NCBI GenBank assembly: GCA_001687465.1
Contig: LVLI01000295.1
Span: forward strand, 186,001 to 250,000
Reading direction: 5' to 3'
Length of the DNA: 64,000 bases
Source of the DNA: Halocafeteria seosinensis
Taxonomy: Eukaryota
Shown: piece after piece, positions 52,801 through 64,000 of the stretch
How positions within the stretch are numbered: the first letter of the stretch is position 1
Layout: each line of letters starts with the position of its first letter
Program-made: the position numbers and the translations under genes
The notes under the pieces: model-generated
Told to the model about the DNA's origin: nothing
Databases searched by the model: none
Seen by the model: only the letters and a program-made list of their open reading frames with translations

Positions 52801-55800
52801 CTGTGAGTACGCTGCATTAAGTCCTTCCATTTTCTATCGACGGTAAAGAATTTGGTAGACTCATCGGGCAGCTGCCGCTGAATGTCTTCGGCACTGAATA
52901 TGGTCTCGAGATACATCCAATTGCCTTGACAAGTTAGCCATTCGTCCAGAGTTTCCGCCAAAAGTCCCAATTTCCGGTTCCAAGATTCCACTTCTTCTCT
53001 GACCCCTTCAATATACCGTGAGCCAAGCATACTCTGCAAAGACATTTGACTATCTTCTAACTGAGCAGTGATGTCATCCACGCCACCGAGAATGTAGGCG
53101 TTAGAATCTTCCCGATACTTCTTCACGTAAAACTCCAAATCTTCCCAGATCTTACGGATACTATCAACACCCGACTCCAGGGATGCTTCGCCGCTGGCGG
53201 TCCCAGATATCGTTGACACAGCGTCTCGGTACTTCAAAACACCCATTCCTTCAAGGTCGGATAGAGTCTGCTTCGATAGACGATCCGGGGAGAATGGGTA
53301 GCCAAGGGATTCATACAGTTGCTGCCAGTGCCTCTCTTTCAAGTTTTCATTTGATAAATCTTCTATCACCGGTAATTTGGATTTGAAGTCTTGGACTTCC
53401 TCTTTCAGCTGCTTACTAACGTCATTCCGCATTTCTTTGTCAAGCATTGTACCCTTCTTGAAAGCATTGTTAGTTTCTTCCACCACGCTCTTACCATCCA
53501 CGTTCGCCCAAGGAGAGTTCTCCCATTCGTCGCGGCACTTTCGGAAATGATCCAATTGTTGCCAAACATCCTGAACAACATTGAAGCGATCACGCGTTTG
53601 CTCCAAATCTTTAAAGTCGTATTCAGGCATGCTAAATAAATTGTGCCAGTGCTTAAACTGTTCTGCTTGCTGTTCAAAGGAGCTAAGTTGTGATTTCAGC
53701 GGTTCCAGCGACTCCAACACGGCTTCCGGGTCTTGAGAAGCATCAACGAAAATGCCCTGTCGTAGTTTATTCCCGAGTTCCTTTACTTGACCGTTCATGC
53801 GAAGCTTTTGGGAGTCTAGCTGTTCCTTCATATAAGGCATCTTATTTTCCTTGTAATTCTTACTCTCTAGTTGCTGATGCGAGTACTTCTCTTGAGACTC
53901 TCGTAATTCATCCAGTTTCATGGAATCCTGCAAGGAGACCTTCACTTGATGACTCTGTAGCAGTTTAAACATCCCCTCGGCAGCTTCTGCTTGACGAAGT
54001 AGATACGGTTCTTTGGAGGCGATCTCCTGGGTCTTCTCAACGTAGGCTGCGAAATCCTCGAGAGTGTCGGGCCTGGCCTCCAGAGTTTTGATATGCTGAT
54101 TGAACTCCTGTAGCGTTGTGTTAACACGGTCTATAGCCATATTCAGTACCTGAGTTTTCAAATTCTCCCACGCTTCGGAAACAACTGGTTCAAGCTCCAA
54201 TTGAAGCGGCCTACCATCAACGAAAAGACACCCGCACACAGCTTGCGATCTTATATCGGATACAGCGTTATCCCAGGTGCGTATTTTCGACATTTCAGCA
54301 GCAAGAATTTCCAAACCACTGTTTTCCGAAGACTCATGCTCCTCATCCTCTCCTTGCAGACGTTCTTCAGCTTCTTGCGTCTGTTTAGCCAGCTTTTCAA
54401 AGTAATGGGGATCTCCATACTGCTTAAATTCCCATACAGGTCGAACTGCTTGGAAACTCTCCAGAGATGCATGTTCTTGTGCGGCATGGAAGTCCGACCA
54501 AAATTTCTCCTCAATGTTGTCAAGAGCAGTCTGGAAGTGGTTGCTTTCTCTAAGTAACTGATCAACACCAGGAGCACCGAGTTTTTGGTGCCTGGCGGAG
54601 CTGTCTCCTTGACGTAACAGTTGTACAGCGAAGGGTTTAAATTGTTGCGCATGCAGGATCCTGGGAGTATTGCAGCATATGCGGAAAGTTTCGTTCACAA
54701 TTGTCTGCATCATGCTCGAAAACTCTTCCCGAGGTGGTTCGAAGGCCGTGCCGGAATCATCAAACTTGATGCAGGTATGGAAACATCCTGTCTTCTTTCT
54801 CGCGTCGTCACTCTTGTAATGGAGACCATCCTGGTACAAGCTCTCAAACTCGTTGATGACCATCAGCATTAGCGTCTCAACACAAATGTAGTCAACAGTG
54901 CGGATAAAGTGTCCAAGTAGCTGCTCTTCAAACGAAGCTTGACGCAGAGCCTGTAGTTTCTCCATTTTCTCTCTCTTTACTTCTTGCATGCTCTTCGTCT
55001 TGCTGTTCACGGCATAGGCAGCGTTATCTGTTCCTTCGTCATCTTCGTTATCGTGTGCTCGCTTCGTCACATCTTCGCACACTACGCGAACAGCGTCCTG
55101 TATTTTTGCCAAAGACGCTTCTAATTGTCCCGCTGCAGTGTTCTGAGTAGCTTCCTGAGCTTCCAGGAACTCTTCGACGGTGTATCTCCAGTTATTAGTA
55201 TCCAATAGGCGAATATTGTTCTGCAATGTATACGAAAACAAGTTCCGGTGGACGCGGAGCGAAGTCTAGGAAAGGGGAAACTATTCATGTCTTACCTTCA
55301 TATCAGCAGTAATTGAGCAGATCTTTCGCATGCTTTTACGGAAAGCCGGCGCCACATGGAACAGATTTTTTCCAATCTTTGCACGCCTCCTCTTAAATCG
55401 ACTATGCCGAGCGTAAGCTGTCCAAAAGTCAAACGTTTTCCTAACCAGGAATGTGCGAAAGAAAGGGATGCTACTGATGACCGAAAATATAGAACTAAAC
55501 CTCATCCACTCTGACAGTGTAAGAAACTCGCTAGGCTCTCCTGGACAAACATGCACAACCCCTTTACTTGACATCGTGAAATGTTCCGGGTTCACGTCAC
55601 TCTCATCCACTACGACCAGAGAGTATGGCTGGAAACGCCGCGTATCAGCGTAATTTAGGTGCACGAACTTTACGGGACAGTTGTTTCCATGTCGAACGAA
55701 AAATGCAATTGCATCCTCCCCTGTTCGCAATTGCGAAACAATATCAGAATAGGTAAGCGTAGAGATGTTCTGTGCTTCTGGTGGTCTCGCAGCGGAGCTT

Positions 55801-56690
55801 TTCGTTTCCAAGGCTTGCTTGCCAGATTGAAATCCTTGAGCAGTAGCAAAGCGCTGATTGGTCGCAGATGGCAGTTGTACTCTCGGAGGACTGTCATTTT
55901 CACTCATCATGGAGCTTTTATCTTCCGGGTAGTGGCTGCGAGGACTAGCGGTGTCTCGAGCTGTCGTCTTGCCAGTAGTACGTTGGCGTTTCGAATGCAG
56001 TGATCGCTTGGGAACGGAAGGTTGCAGATCGAAATGGTCCAGTTCGTGACTATCAAAGCGGAAAATATCGCGTTTATGCTCTGTTCCTCCCCCGGTTCCG
56101 AGAGCGCCTCTAAGAGACGCGATCTCTAGTCCATTATTCCGAGCATGATCGTGCTTTCCTTCGCCGGCGCCAAGATGGGTTCTCCCAGTCTGCAGGACAC
56201 AAACGTTCACGTCCGTCAGTCAACCCACGAAGCTATAGTCAAAGTACTCAATAATAGATAAAGAAGAGAAATACACAAAACTACGCCCACAATAACGCTA
56301 ATAAGGCTGAAGACACTTACGTAGGACCTAACGGTCGCTGAGTTTTTTCGCGAATGGCTCATTTTTCTTTTCCTCTTTCTTTGTGTTCCACGGGACGGCG
56401 CTCGTGCCAACACGACGATAAGCAAGATTAAACCTCTTGCTATGTGCCCACTCACCCAATCACGGGCACTGTGTAGGGGTCAATAGGCAGAAGATGCTGC
56501 CGTTCCAGCTCCACAAGCTTGTGAAGGGGACCGCTGTTGTCTTCTGCCACAGACAGACAGAGAGAAAAGACACAATCAAAGAATACCCTCTTTCCCCTAG
56601 AGAGAACAAAACAATGAGCCTTACTGTCTTTGGGTATCATCCATACAGAGGCCTGATATTGCGCATTACTTCCACTTCAACGAATAGATC
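43851..56690 (-). CDS. Axonemal single-headed inner-arm dynein heavy chain, DNAH6-like (5' exons approximate, start not resolved)
   Basis: P1 GPAGTGKTET, CFDEFNRI, P2 GEAGCGKS, P3 GNTGVSKT, P4 GVGGSGRQSL, stalk, C-terminal CPLYKT..RAGTLSTTGHSTNF. The N-terminal PYSLVVV....V.PEHFTMS..GV.HV..GEPSEF..L.EW resembles DNAH6. Intron ~55295-55221. One N at 49520. Confidence 0.93.
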
Positions 56691-57005
56691 CGGGCTGCCA
56701 GCCCGGATTGCCCCGGGCTGGAAGTACGATACAATGATGAAGCTTGATGCAAAGTCAAAATGTCCTTTCCGATTCAACAAGTTTGTTCCATAGAATTGAT
56801 GCACTCATAGCAGAGGTGGAAAGTGTCTGTTTTGTGCGCGATACTGGAGGGGAGGAACATGGGGTGTCGAGCAGCAGGGTGTTGGCAACTCGGCGTTTGG
56901 CATACGGTTCACATTGGTTCTTTGCTTGGTGCTCAACGTAACCAGTGACCTTTTCTCTTACAACTGGTGCCTCCAGAAATCCACCTTCAGAAACTGACAA
57001 GCAAG

Positions 57006-58049
57006 ATGAGTAAGCGACCCAACACAGTAAGAAATCCCATTACGGGAGATTCCTATACGTTTGACCCATGCCATGAGAGGAAAATGGCGCCTCAGAAATT
57101 CGAGTCATCTACAATGGCAGTAAAAAACATACTGAACTGGAGTTACATTGATGCTAGTTTGCACGAGAGTAAAAGTGTGGTTTCTGACAGTTCGGAGCCT
57201 TCCATGCCGAAGAAACCTGCAGGATATGCCGACGTGCCTCGTTGCAGAACAGCATCTGAACTATACAACAAGAGACAGGAGCAACGTAAACGTGAGGCCA
57301 CAGCACGTCTTATGGACCACCCATTTAATGGAATACACTCTTCATCTATACCCTCCTTTAAAGATCGCTTCGAGAAAGAGAAACGACTATGGTTTGAAGA
57401 AGCCAGTGACAGTTCACCGCAGCATGATCCTGTCTATGATAACAGTTTTCAATCTTCAGAGCGGCAGGTGAAAGCACTGCGTAGAAAGAAGTACGATTTG
57501 GCGAAACCTCCAGGGCAATCGGACATGTGGGATGAAAAAAATATGCATTCGCGACCTGTGAAACGCCCCTACACAACAAGGCTGAGAGACTCCGAAGTAT
57601 ATCACATCGCCCGGAGGAATAAAGAGCAAGGAGTCAGCGGGGACAACAGCATCTATTGGTTTCAAACAGTCGCCTACACGAAGCCTTTGTACTCCAGTTT
57701 CACCAAAGATAAAGTATTTCCAGGGTCAAAACCATTTTCATTAGACGGGTCAAGTAAATGCTTTCACCAGTCAAGAGATTCTCTCAGTCAGAGTGCCCCG
57801 CGGCGGCAAGGGGAAAAATTGCAATCGGCTCCGGAGCGCACAAAGCGTTCTCAGCTGTATCCGTCATCGGCTTCCATTACTACAACAACTTTGACGCCTA
57901 GGGTGATACCACAAAACATCCGTAGCCCCGTATCTCCTCAGCGCCAACATACACCATCATCATCATACTTAATGCATTCGCCACTAAAAGCTCCAACTGG
58001 TGGTGGAAGAGTCGTCGCGGTGAAATCAACTTGGTTCCCGAGAAGATGA
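57006..58049 (+). CDS. Hypothetical basic, Ser/Pro-rich, probably disordered protein
   Basis: 347-codon open frame from ATG 57006, divergent from the dynein gene. No recognisable domain. Confidence 0.6.
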   Translation: MSKRPNTVRNPITGDSYTFDPCHERKMAPQKFESSTMAVKNILNWSYIDASLHESKSVVSDSSEPSMPKKPAGYADVPRCRTASELYNKRQEQRKREATARLMDHPFNGIHSSSIPSFKDRFEKEKRLWFEEASDSSPQHDPVYDNSFQSSERQVKALRRKKYDLAKPPGQSDMWDEKNMHSRPVKRPYTTRLRDSEVYHIARRNKEQGVSGDNSIYWFQTVAYTKPLYSSFTKDKVFPGSKPFSLDGSSKCFHQSRDSLSQSAPRRQGEKLQSAPERTKRSQLYPSSASITTTTLTPRVIPQNIRSPVSPQRQHTPSSSYLMHSPLKAPTGGGRVVAVKSTWFPRR

Positions 58050-58254
58050 GAGTTACAGCTTGTTCTAAACAAACTAAAACGCGTCACGTGGACGAAACGG
58101 TGAACAACGTTTTGCTGGGGACCAAGCCAATTCTAAACAGCCTGAAATACTTTAGAAGCGCTGGAAAAGCAGCGGCTGTTCGTGTTTTATCCCCCGAGGC
58201 CTGATAGGCTTCCGAGAGAGAAGGTGTAGTTGCTTATTTAGAAATTATTGAACG

Positions 58255-59337
58255 TCATGTGTCTTTCTCACGCATCCGCTTGTACTTTGGCACAAAGTCC
58301 CGACCGCAATAGTGTCCTAGATACGTGCCATGGATGACATCCAAATATATTGTGGGGAATCCAAAGTTAACCTGTCATAACTAACGATCACGCCATGAGA
58401 GATACATAAACGTCTGAGCAGACGCCATCACAGCACTCACATTGAAGTATTCGTGGTGAATATCATGATCCTTTGTATTATAAATGTTCGGGATTTCGAA
58501 ATGAATTCCACAGTGATCAAGAATACCTGCGCAGATAGATGTAAACTTCTTGTCAAACAGTCAGAGAGGGCTGGCAAGCCGTCACTCTATGGTTATTACC
58601 TGTCACCCCCATAATCGCCATGTACAGAACGAACACCGAGTAATGTTGACTATACAAAAATGGCGGGCTCCATAGAATGCACTGGTAGCCAAAGCTTTCC
58701 AACGGGTGAATAAAGAGATCATCAAATGGAGCTGGCGAGGTATAATAATGGTGAAATTTGTGGAAGCGTCGGTAACAGGGTCGCGTGTGCATCATTACAT
58801 GCCAATAGTATTCAACGACACTCTCTGCATCCAATTCAGCATACGAATTAGAACTGGTAAAAACATCGAAACCCTGTTAATCTCCTACATACCGTGAATA
58901 ACAGTAAAGATAGTCAAACCAAGAATCCACAAAACATTATACATCAGACTCTGGTGGGAATCCAGCTCAAAGTAAACCCGGCTCTTCTCGGCCAATATGC
59001 AGTATACTGTCACCCCAGCAAAGCAGCACGACATAAACAAGTTTATCGTCGCAAACAAATTATGTTTTGGATGTCTGTCGCTCTTATGATGGCCAGTGTC
59101 TCCTCGAAGCAATTCCTTGGCCAATGCAATCACCGGTATTATATCTTCATCCGGCTCTTTCAGGGCACTATGGTCGTTCGGCTGGTTCTTCCACTGCTTA
59201 ATACTTGTGTCTTTGCTTCCTTTCGATTTGTGGCGTATACTAGGCTCGAAATACGCCTTCCATAGCGTATAGGACAGACTTGTATACCCTGTGAACAGCG
59301 CTACAAATGCCACTGTGCCTCCTACAGCTGGCTCCAT
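58255..59337 (-). CDS. Fatty-acid hydroxylase / sterol desaturase superfamily protein, 4 exons
   Basis: His boxes YYWHVMMH, FHKFHH, HPLE, DHCG and HDIHHEYFNVNFG after splicing, with hydrophobic helices. Confidence 0.88.
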
Positions 59338-59672
59338 TGTCTATCGCAAAGCCGAGGAAGAGTTTCGAACTGAGAGAGCTACATACTCACCAACACATGC
59401 ACTTACACTAGCTTTTTAGCGTAGTATACACGCTCAATCGAGATGGAGCGAAAAGATTGTTGTGTCGGATCGCTGGATCTTGCAGAATCCACAGCAGGAG
59501 CAGTCCTAGCTAGCCTTAGTGTAGAGTATTCCACAGATTGGGGTTGTTCAGTTTCAATCAATCGAAGTTTGCGTTCGTCTCTTGATTGACTGGGAAGAGT
59601 GTTTTGTGTGTGTGTGTGTCGCTTGCTATCTACTTCTAAAGTGGCTGTATTGAAACTTACCTCCAGAAAAAG

Positions 59673-61570
59673 ATGGCTGATGATAGCGCTCCTGTACCAC
59701 AAGTCGGTCTCTTTGGTTTGGCCACGATGGGCCAGAATCTGGCACTGAATATTGCGCAACACTTTGGGCCGATCGCTGTGTGCAATCGATCGCCAGCCAA
59801 GGTAGGGAATTCGCTACAGAACTAAACTGGCTCAGCCGAGATTATCCATATTCGCTACGAACTATGCAGGTCGATGAATGCGTGGAACGTGCGAACAAGG
59901 AAGGAAATCTTCCCGTGCAAGGATTCAAAGAGGTACGGAAGACACGATGGAGGCATCTGCGTCCCACATTCGGTATGGTGACTTTACGGCGATTTCCAGG
60001 TGGAAGAATTCATCCAGTCTTTGGCGAAGCCGCGGAAGATCATTGTTCTAGTCAAAGCGGGCAAGCCCGTCGATGACACTATTCAGTCGTTCTTACCCTA
60101 CTTAGAGGTGGGTTGGGTTCTCTCGCCTTCGAGCTTTATTCATCTAACATACTCGTCTCCTGATGACAGAAGGGGGATATCGTTATTGATGGAGGAAACG
60201 AATGGTATCCAGAGAGTGTCCGACGAGGTGATGAATTGTTGGAAAAGAGTAAGTGCAACAGATATGACAGTTGATTACCTTCCCTCCAGTCATTCCTTGC
60301 CTGGTGGTGTACAGATATTCTGTTTGTTGGAATGGGGGTCTCCGGAGGTGAGGAGGGTGCTCGCAATGGACCCTCGCTGATGCCAGGCTGCCGAAAAGAA
60401 GCGTACGATGAAATATCTCCCATCTTAACGAAAATTGCGGCAAGAGCTGATGACGGAACACCCTGTGTTACACACCTTGGAGACGTGGGCTCGGGAAACT
60501 ACGTAAAGATGGTTCACAATGGAATCGAGTATGCGGATATGCAATTAATTGCGGAAGCGTATGACATTTTGAAAAAGGTAAGTGTTATGTGTTTATTAAG
60601 TAGTATAGTCTTGACTGATTCATTTGAACATTTTCCACGCTCAGGTGGGAGGTATGTCAAACGAGGAACTGAGCAAAGTCTTCGGCAACTACAATACAAC
60701 CGAGTTAGAGAGTTTCTTGATAGAAATTACTGGTAAAATCTTTGCAAAGAAGGATGATGAGGTACGCTGCACTGAACGAACGACTTTAATTTGCTCAGTC
60801 CTAGACCTTGACCTCTGGTAGCGCACAGACTGGAGAGGGGTACCTGGTGGACAAAATCTTAGATAAGACTGGGATGAAAGGCACAGGAACATGGACGGTT
60901 AGAGAGGCTGCGGGCCGGGCAGTCCCTGCACCCGTTATCGCGGCGGCATTAGACGCGCGATACATGTCGGCAAACAAGGACGAGCGAAAGGCTGCATCCA
61001 AAGTTCTGAACGGTCCAGTCGATCTCCCCAATGTGAACAAGGAACAACTAGTCAATGACTTGAAGGATGCCTTGTATGCTGCAAAGATATGTTGCTATGC
61101 CCAAGGGATGAATATCATTAAGTACGTAAACGAATATCTGCTCTGTAAACGCTGTATTTGTCTTAGGGAGGCGGGTTCGCTGCAGGGCTGGTTCCAAGGA
61201 AGAGAAATGGAATGTAAATTTAGGGGAATGTGCCAAAATATGGAGGGGAGGATGTATTATTCGCGCAAGGCTCCTCAACAATATTTCCTCAGCTTACGAA
61301 CGGAACCATACTCTTGAAAATCTTTTGGTTGACCCTAATTTTGCCGAGGAACTCAACAAGCGACAGACTGCTTGGAGGCGCATCGTATCTCTAGCTGTGG
61401 CAGCCGGTATCCCAGCTCCAGCGTTCTCCGCTGCACTGAATTACTTTGACTCTTACCGATTAGGTCGGTTACCGTCTAACTTGATTCAGGCTCAGCGAGA
61501 CTTCTTTGGCGCGCATACGTTCGAGCGTACTGACAAAGATGGTACCTTCCACGCCACTTGGCAGGCGTAA
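59673..61570 (+). CDS. gnd: 6-phosphogluconate dehydrogenase (decarboxylating), multi-intron
   Basis: [96 protein letters not shown]. Confidence 0.97.
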
Positions 61571-61633
61571 TCATGTTTACTATTGCTCAATAAACTTCCA
61601 TCCAGAGGCGTCAGAAGTCGCACCTTCTATCTT

Positions 61634-63433
61634 CTATGTACTCTGTGTAGTAATACCAGTTTCAGGTTGCTGAGACGTCGCCGTGGAAGAGTCAGTGGTC
61701 GGTCCCCACCACGATAGAATGCTCGATCCTATACTTGATCGCGCACTGTCCAGTATGCCCCGTGAGCTCCCATCGTCCACCTCGCTGGCGCTCGTAACAC
61801 TGCGTGACTCCGTGTCTGCCACTGAAGCGGCATTCTCTTCTGGGCCAATTCCCAAAGTGTTTACCGCCGTGTCTCGTACAGTGTACCTTGCCAGTGCGGA
61901 CCATCCGACCCCTTTAAGATGATACATTGCTAGCGCACTGTTTCCTGCTGCGGTTAGTCCTTCATTCGCTGCAGCGGCGTAGGCAGAGCCGTACCTGTGC
62001 TGTACATAATCAGTAGTTGCGGATGCTGTTGAAGAGCCCACTCGTTTGGCCCCCACTTCCATTGCATCCCACAGTTCTGAGAAGGCTACAAGACTAGCTG
62101 CGCCAATTTTCCTGAAATTCCTACCGGTAGCCGAAGATGCTGCGGGCTCACATATTTGGAAGTACACATGCACAAGTACTACGTATGATCTGATACAAAA
62201 CAATGACTTACTGGCAGAAGAGAGTTGCTTGCCGTACTCCGTTTGTGCGACAGCGCCACTAAGCTGCTTTCCAAGCACACTTGAAACGTATGTTACTCCA
62301 TGTACAAGGCCCGAACTAACAGCCACTGCCGAAGAAGTTACCGCCCTGGCTGTGGTCAAGTGATTCTTGGCAGATTCCGAGATCTCAAGGTCGCTATCGC
62401 ACCGGTTCGTTCGACGTTTCAAAACGTCGCCCGCCCTGAACATTGAAATAATTGCAACATTTTGTCAATTCAAGTTTCGGGGATACTATTAGCACTTACC
62501 AAGAGATGGCTCTTGCCGTGTAGTCCGCGCCACTTACGATCCCGGTAGCAGTCACTCTACTGGCTGAAGATAAGGCAGAAACCACGTAGTCCGTCCAATG
62601 AGTGGGATCTGCTTCACTGGTAGCTGCGGACTCCGTGGAACCACTCTCGATAGACCTAGCTTCTTCTGCTACCTCGGGAGGAACTTCAATTGGCCCCTCT
62701 TCCCGATCACGGAGAGTGGCATACGCTCTGAGGAAAAACTCCAGTTGCTTAATTTTGATAGAAGAAGTCTTTTCATTAAGCTGCATCGTAAAACTATGTT
62801 GATGATCCGCAGGCATTATATAGGTACGATGGCCATCCTCTTCGACCCCGCAGTTCATTATAGGCTGGCCAACTAGAGGGTAGCTGAAGTCTTCAATCAT
62901 CAAAAAAACCAGCGGTTTACCCTGTTCGTCGGGAGTTTTTATTATATTCATCTCTCCGAACGCCTCCGGTCGTATGGTCCCATCTGTCGAAACAGACTGA
63001 ATAAACACCTGCAGCGCAAAATTAAAGAAAATGCTATAAGTGCCGTGCCACCTGTTAAAGTGTTTTTTCATGGACGCCTTCTCACCTTTGACAAGAGAAA
63101 CAAGCGTCGTGCCTCTACACTGCAGTCATCTTTGGGGTTAGTTTCGCTCCGTTTGTTCGTCGATTTCTTTCTCCTCGTAGGTGGTAGAGGCTTCTTTTGC
63201 AGCTTCTGCGCTTCCCCAGCATCGTTATCTGCCGGCTGCGCTAGAGATGTTCCGGAGGCCACTCCCGGTTGTCTTTGAGACTTGTCACTAATTGCATCTG
63301 GTTCGTTCCTTTGTACGGAACCTCCATTTACGTCCGCCTGAGCGCTCTGGTATGAACTATGGCGAGGAGGAGGAGCAACCACAGCCGAGGTACCCGCAGC
63401 AGTGGCGTCGCTCTCCGAGCTGCTGCTTGCCAT
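61634..63433 (-). CDS. Spartin (SPG20)/senescence-domain protein, ~3 introns
   Basis: VFIQSVSTDGTI..., F.YPLV...P, IVSGADYTARAI...GD, and ELWDAME.GAK.V.......T...VQHRYG..Y match the spartin PH-like and senescence domains. No MIT domain seen. Confidence 0.8.
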
Positions 63434-63786
63434 TTGACTGCTCGACAATACCTGATGCGGGACAAATCAAATACGCATTTCCTCCTTCTCTTCCAATGCG
63501 AACCTGGCAATACACTATATATATATGGGTGGGAAAACAAGACAGAAAATTTCTTCAGATGCTTAAGTTGAAGTTGGCCAGCGATATTCAAAGCAGGGAA
63601 AATTCTAGAATTTCTAGGCTAGGTTCGTTGCACGTAATTCTCATTAGGCGGAGAATAGCATTTATTCGAATAGTTACAACTTTTGTAGCCGATTGGGGAT
63701 CTACAGTTGTACCGCTACCCTCAGAGCTGAGTTCCCAGTCCGCAACCGTGGTCCGTTCTACTGGTTATAGAATTGTAAATGCAAGC

Positions 63787-64000
63787 ATGAGTATTAAAAT
63801 TGCTAACTATCAGAGAAACTTAGGCTCAAATCTCATCAAATCAGATGGGGTAAGTGTGGATTCGCTGTGTAAAGGAGCCTGCCATGAATCAGACTCTCCG
63901 AAAAGGTAGTTCCAGTTTTCTCTAGTTCTCGTAAATCACGAGAACGACATATTTGATGCAAGAGACGACCTGTCTGGCAACCGAGTATTGGAGTGTGCAA
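63787..64000 (+). CDS. Possible 5' end of a gene running off the window
   Basis: ATG 63787, GTAAGT donor 63850 and acceptor 63915 give in-frame MSIKIANY...SDG/FSLVLVNHENDIFDARDDLSGNRVLECA. Confidence 0.35.

Noticed and set aside
32236..56003. Many short plus-strand ORFs opposite the fibrocystin-like and dynein genes
   Set aside because: Antisense shadows of long coding sequences with no domain signal.
59809..59867. Short direct repeat attcgctac(a)gaacta within 6PGD intron 1
   Set aside because: A local micro-duplication with no evidence of function.

Overview
Gene-dense eukaryotic (protist-like) nuclear DNA with short (mostly ~55-90 nt) GT-AG introns, standard genetic code and very short intergenic gaps. 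The organism is probably flagellated, given an axonemal inner-arm dynein, a SAM-domain KIF24-like kinesin-13 and a fibrocystin-like protein. Recognisable genes: two PAQR/adiponectin-receptor paralogs, FRA10AC1, a longin+mu-like adaptor, a TPR protein, kinesin-13, RELCH/KIAA1468, a tail-anchored E/R/K repeat protein, two tandem heme-type cystathionine beta-synthases, Rab2, a ~3,700-aa PKHD1L1-like protein, a DNAH6-like dynein, a sterol desaturase/fatty-acid hydroxylase, an EW-signature 6-phosphogluconate dehydrogenase and a spartin-like protein. Two accessory islands interrupt this housekeeping block. (1) At ~1.4-6.1 kb, between the PAQR paralogs, there is a Crinkler-like P-loop NTPase + PD-(D/E)xK nuclease gene with tandem-duplicated intron/micro-exon units, a putative solo LTR just upstream, and an ankyrin-PAQR chimeric relic. 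(2) At ~28.6-30.6 kb there is a frameshifted (F-box)/LRR pseudogene with a second putative solo LTR at its 5' end. All calls come from reading motifs by eye. No database searches were run, and exon structures are manual predictions.
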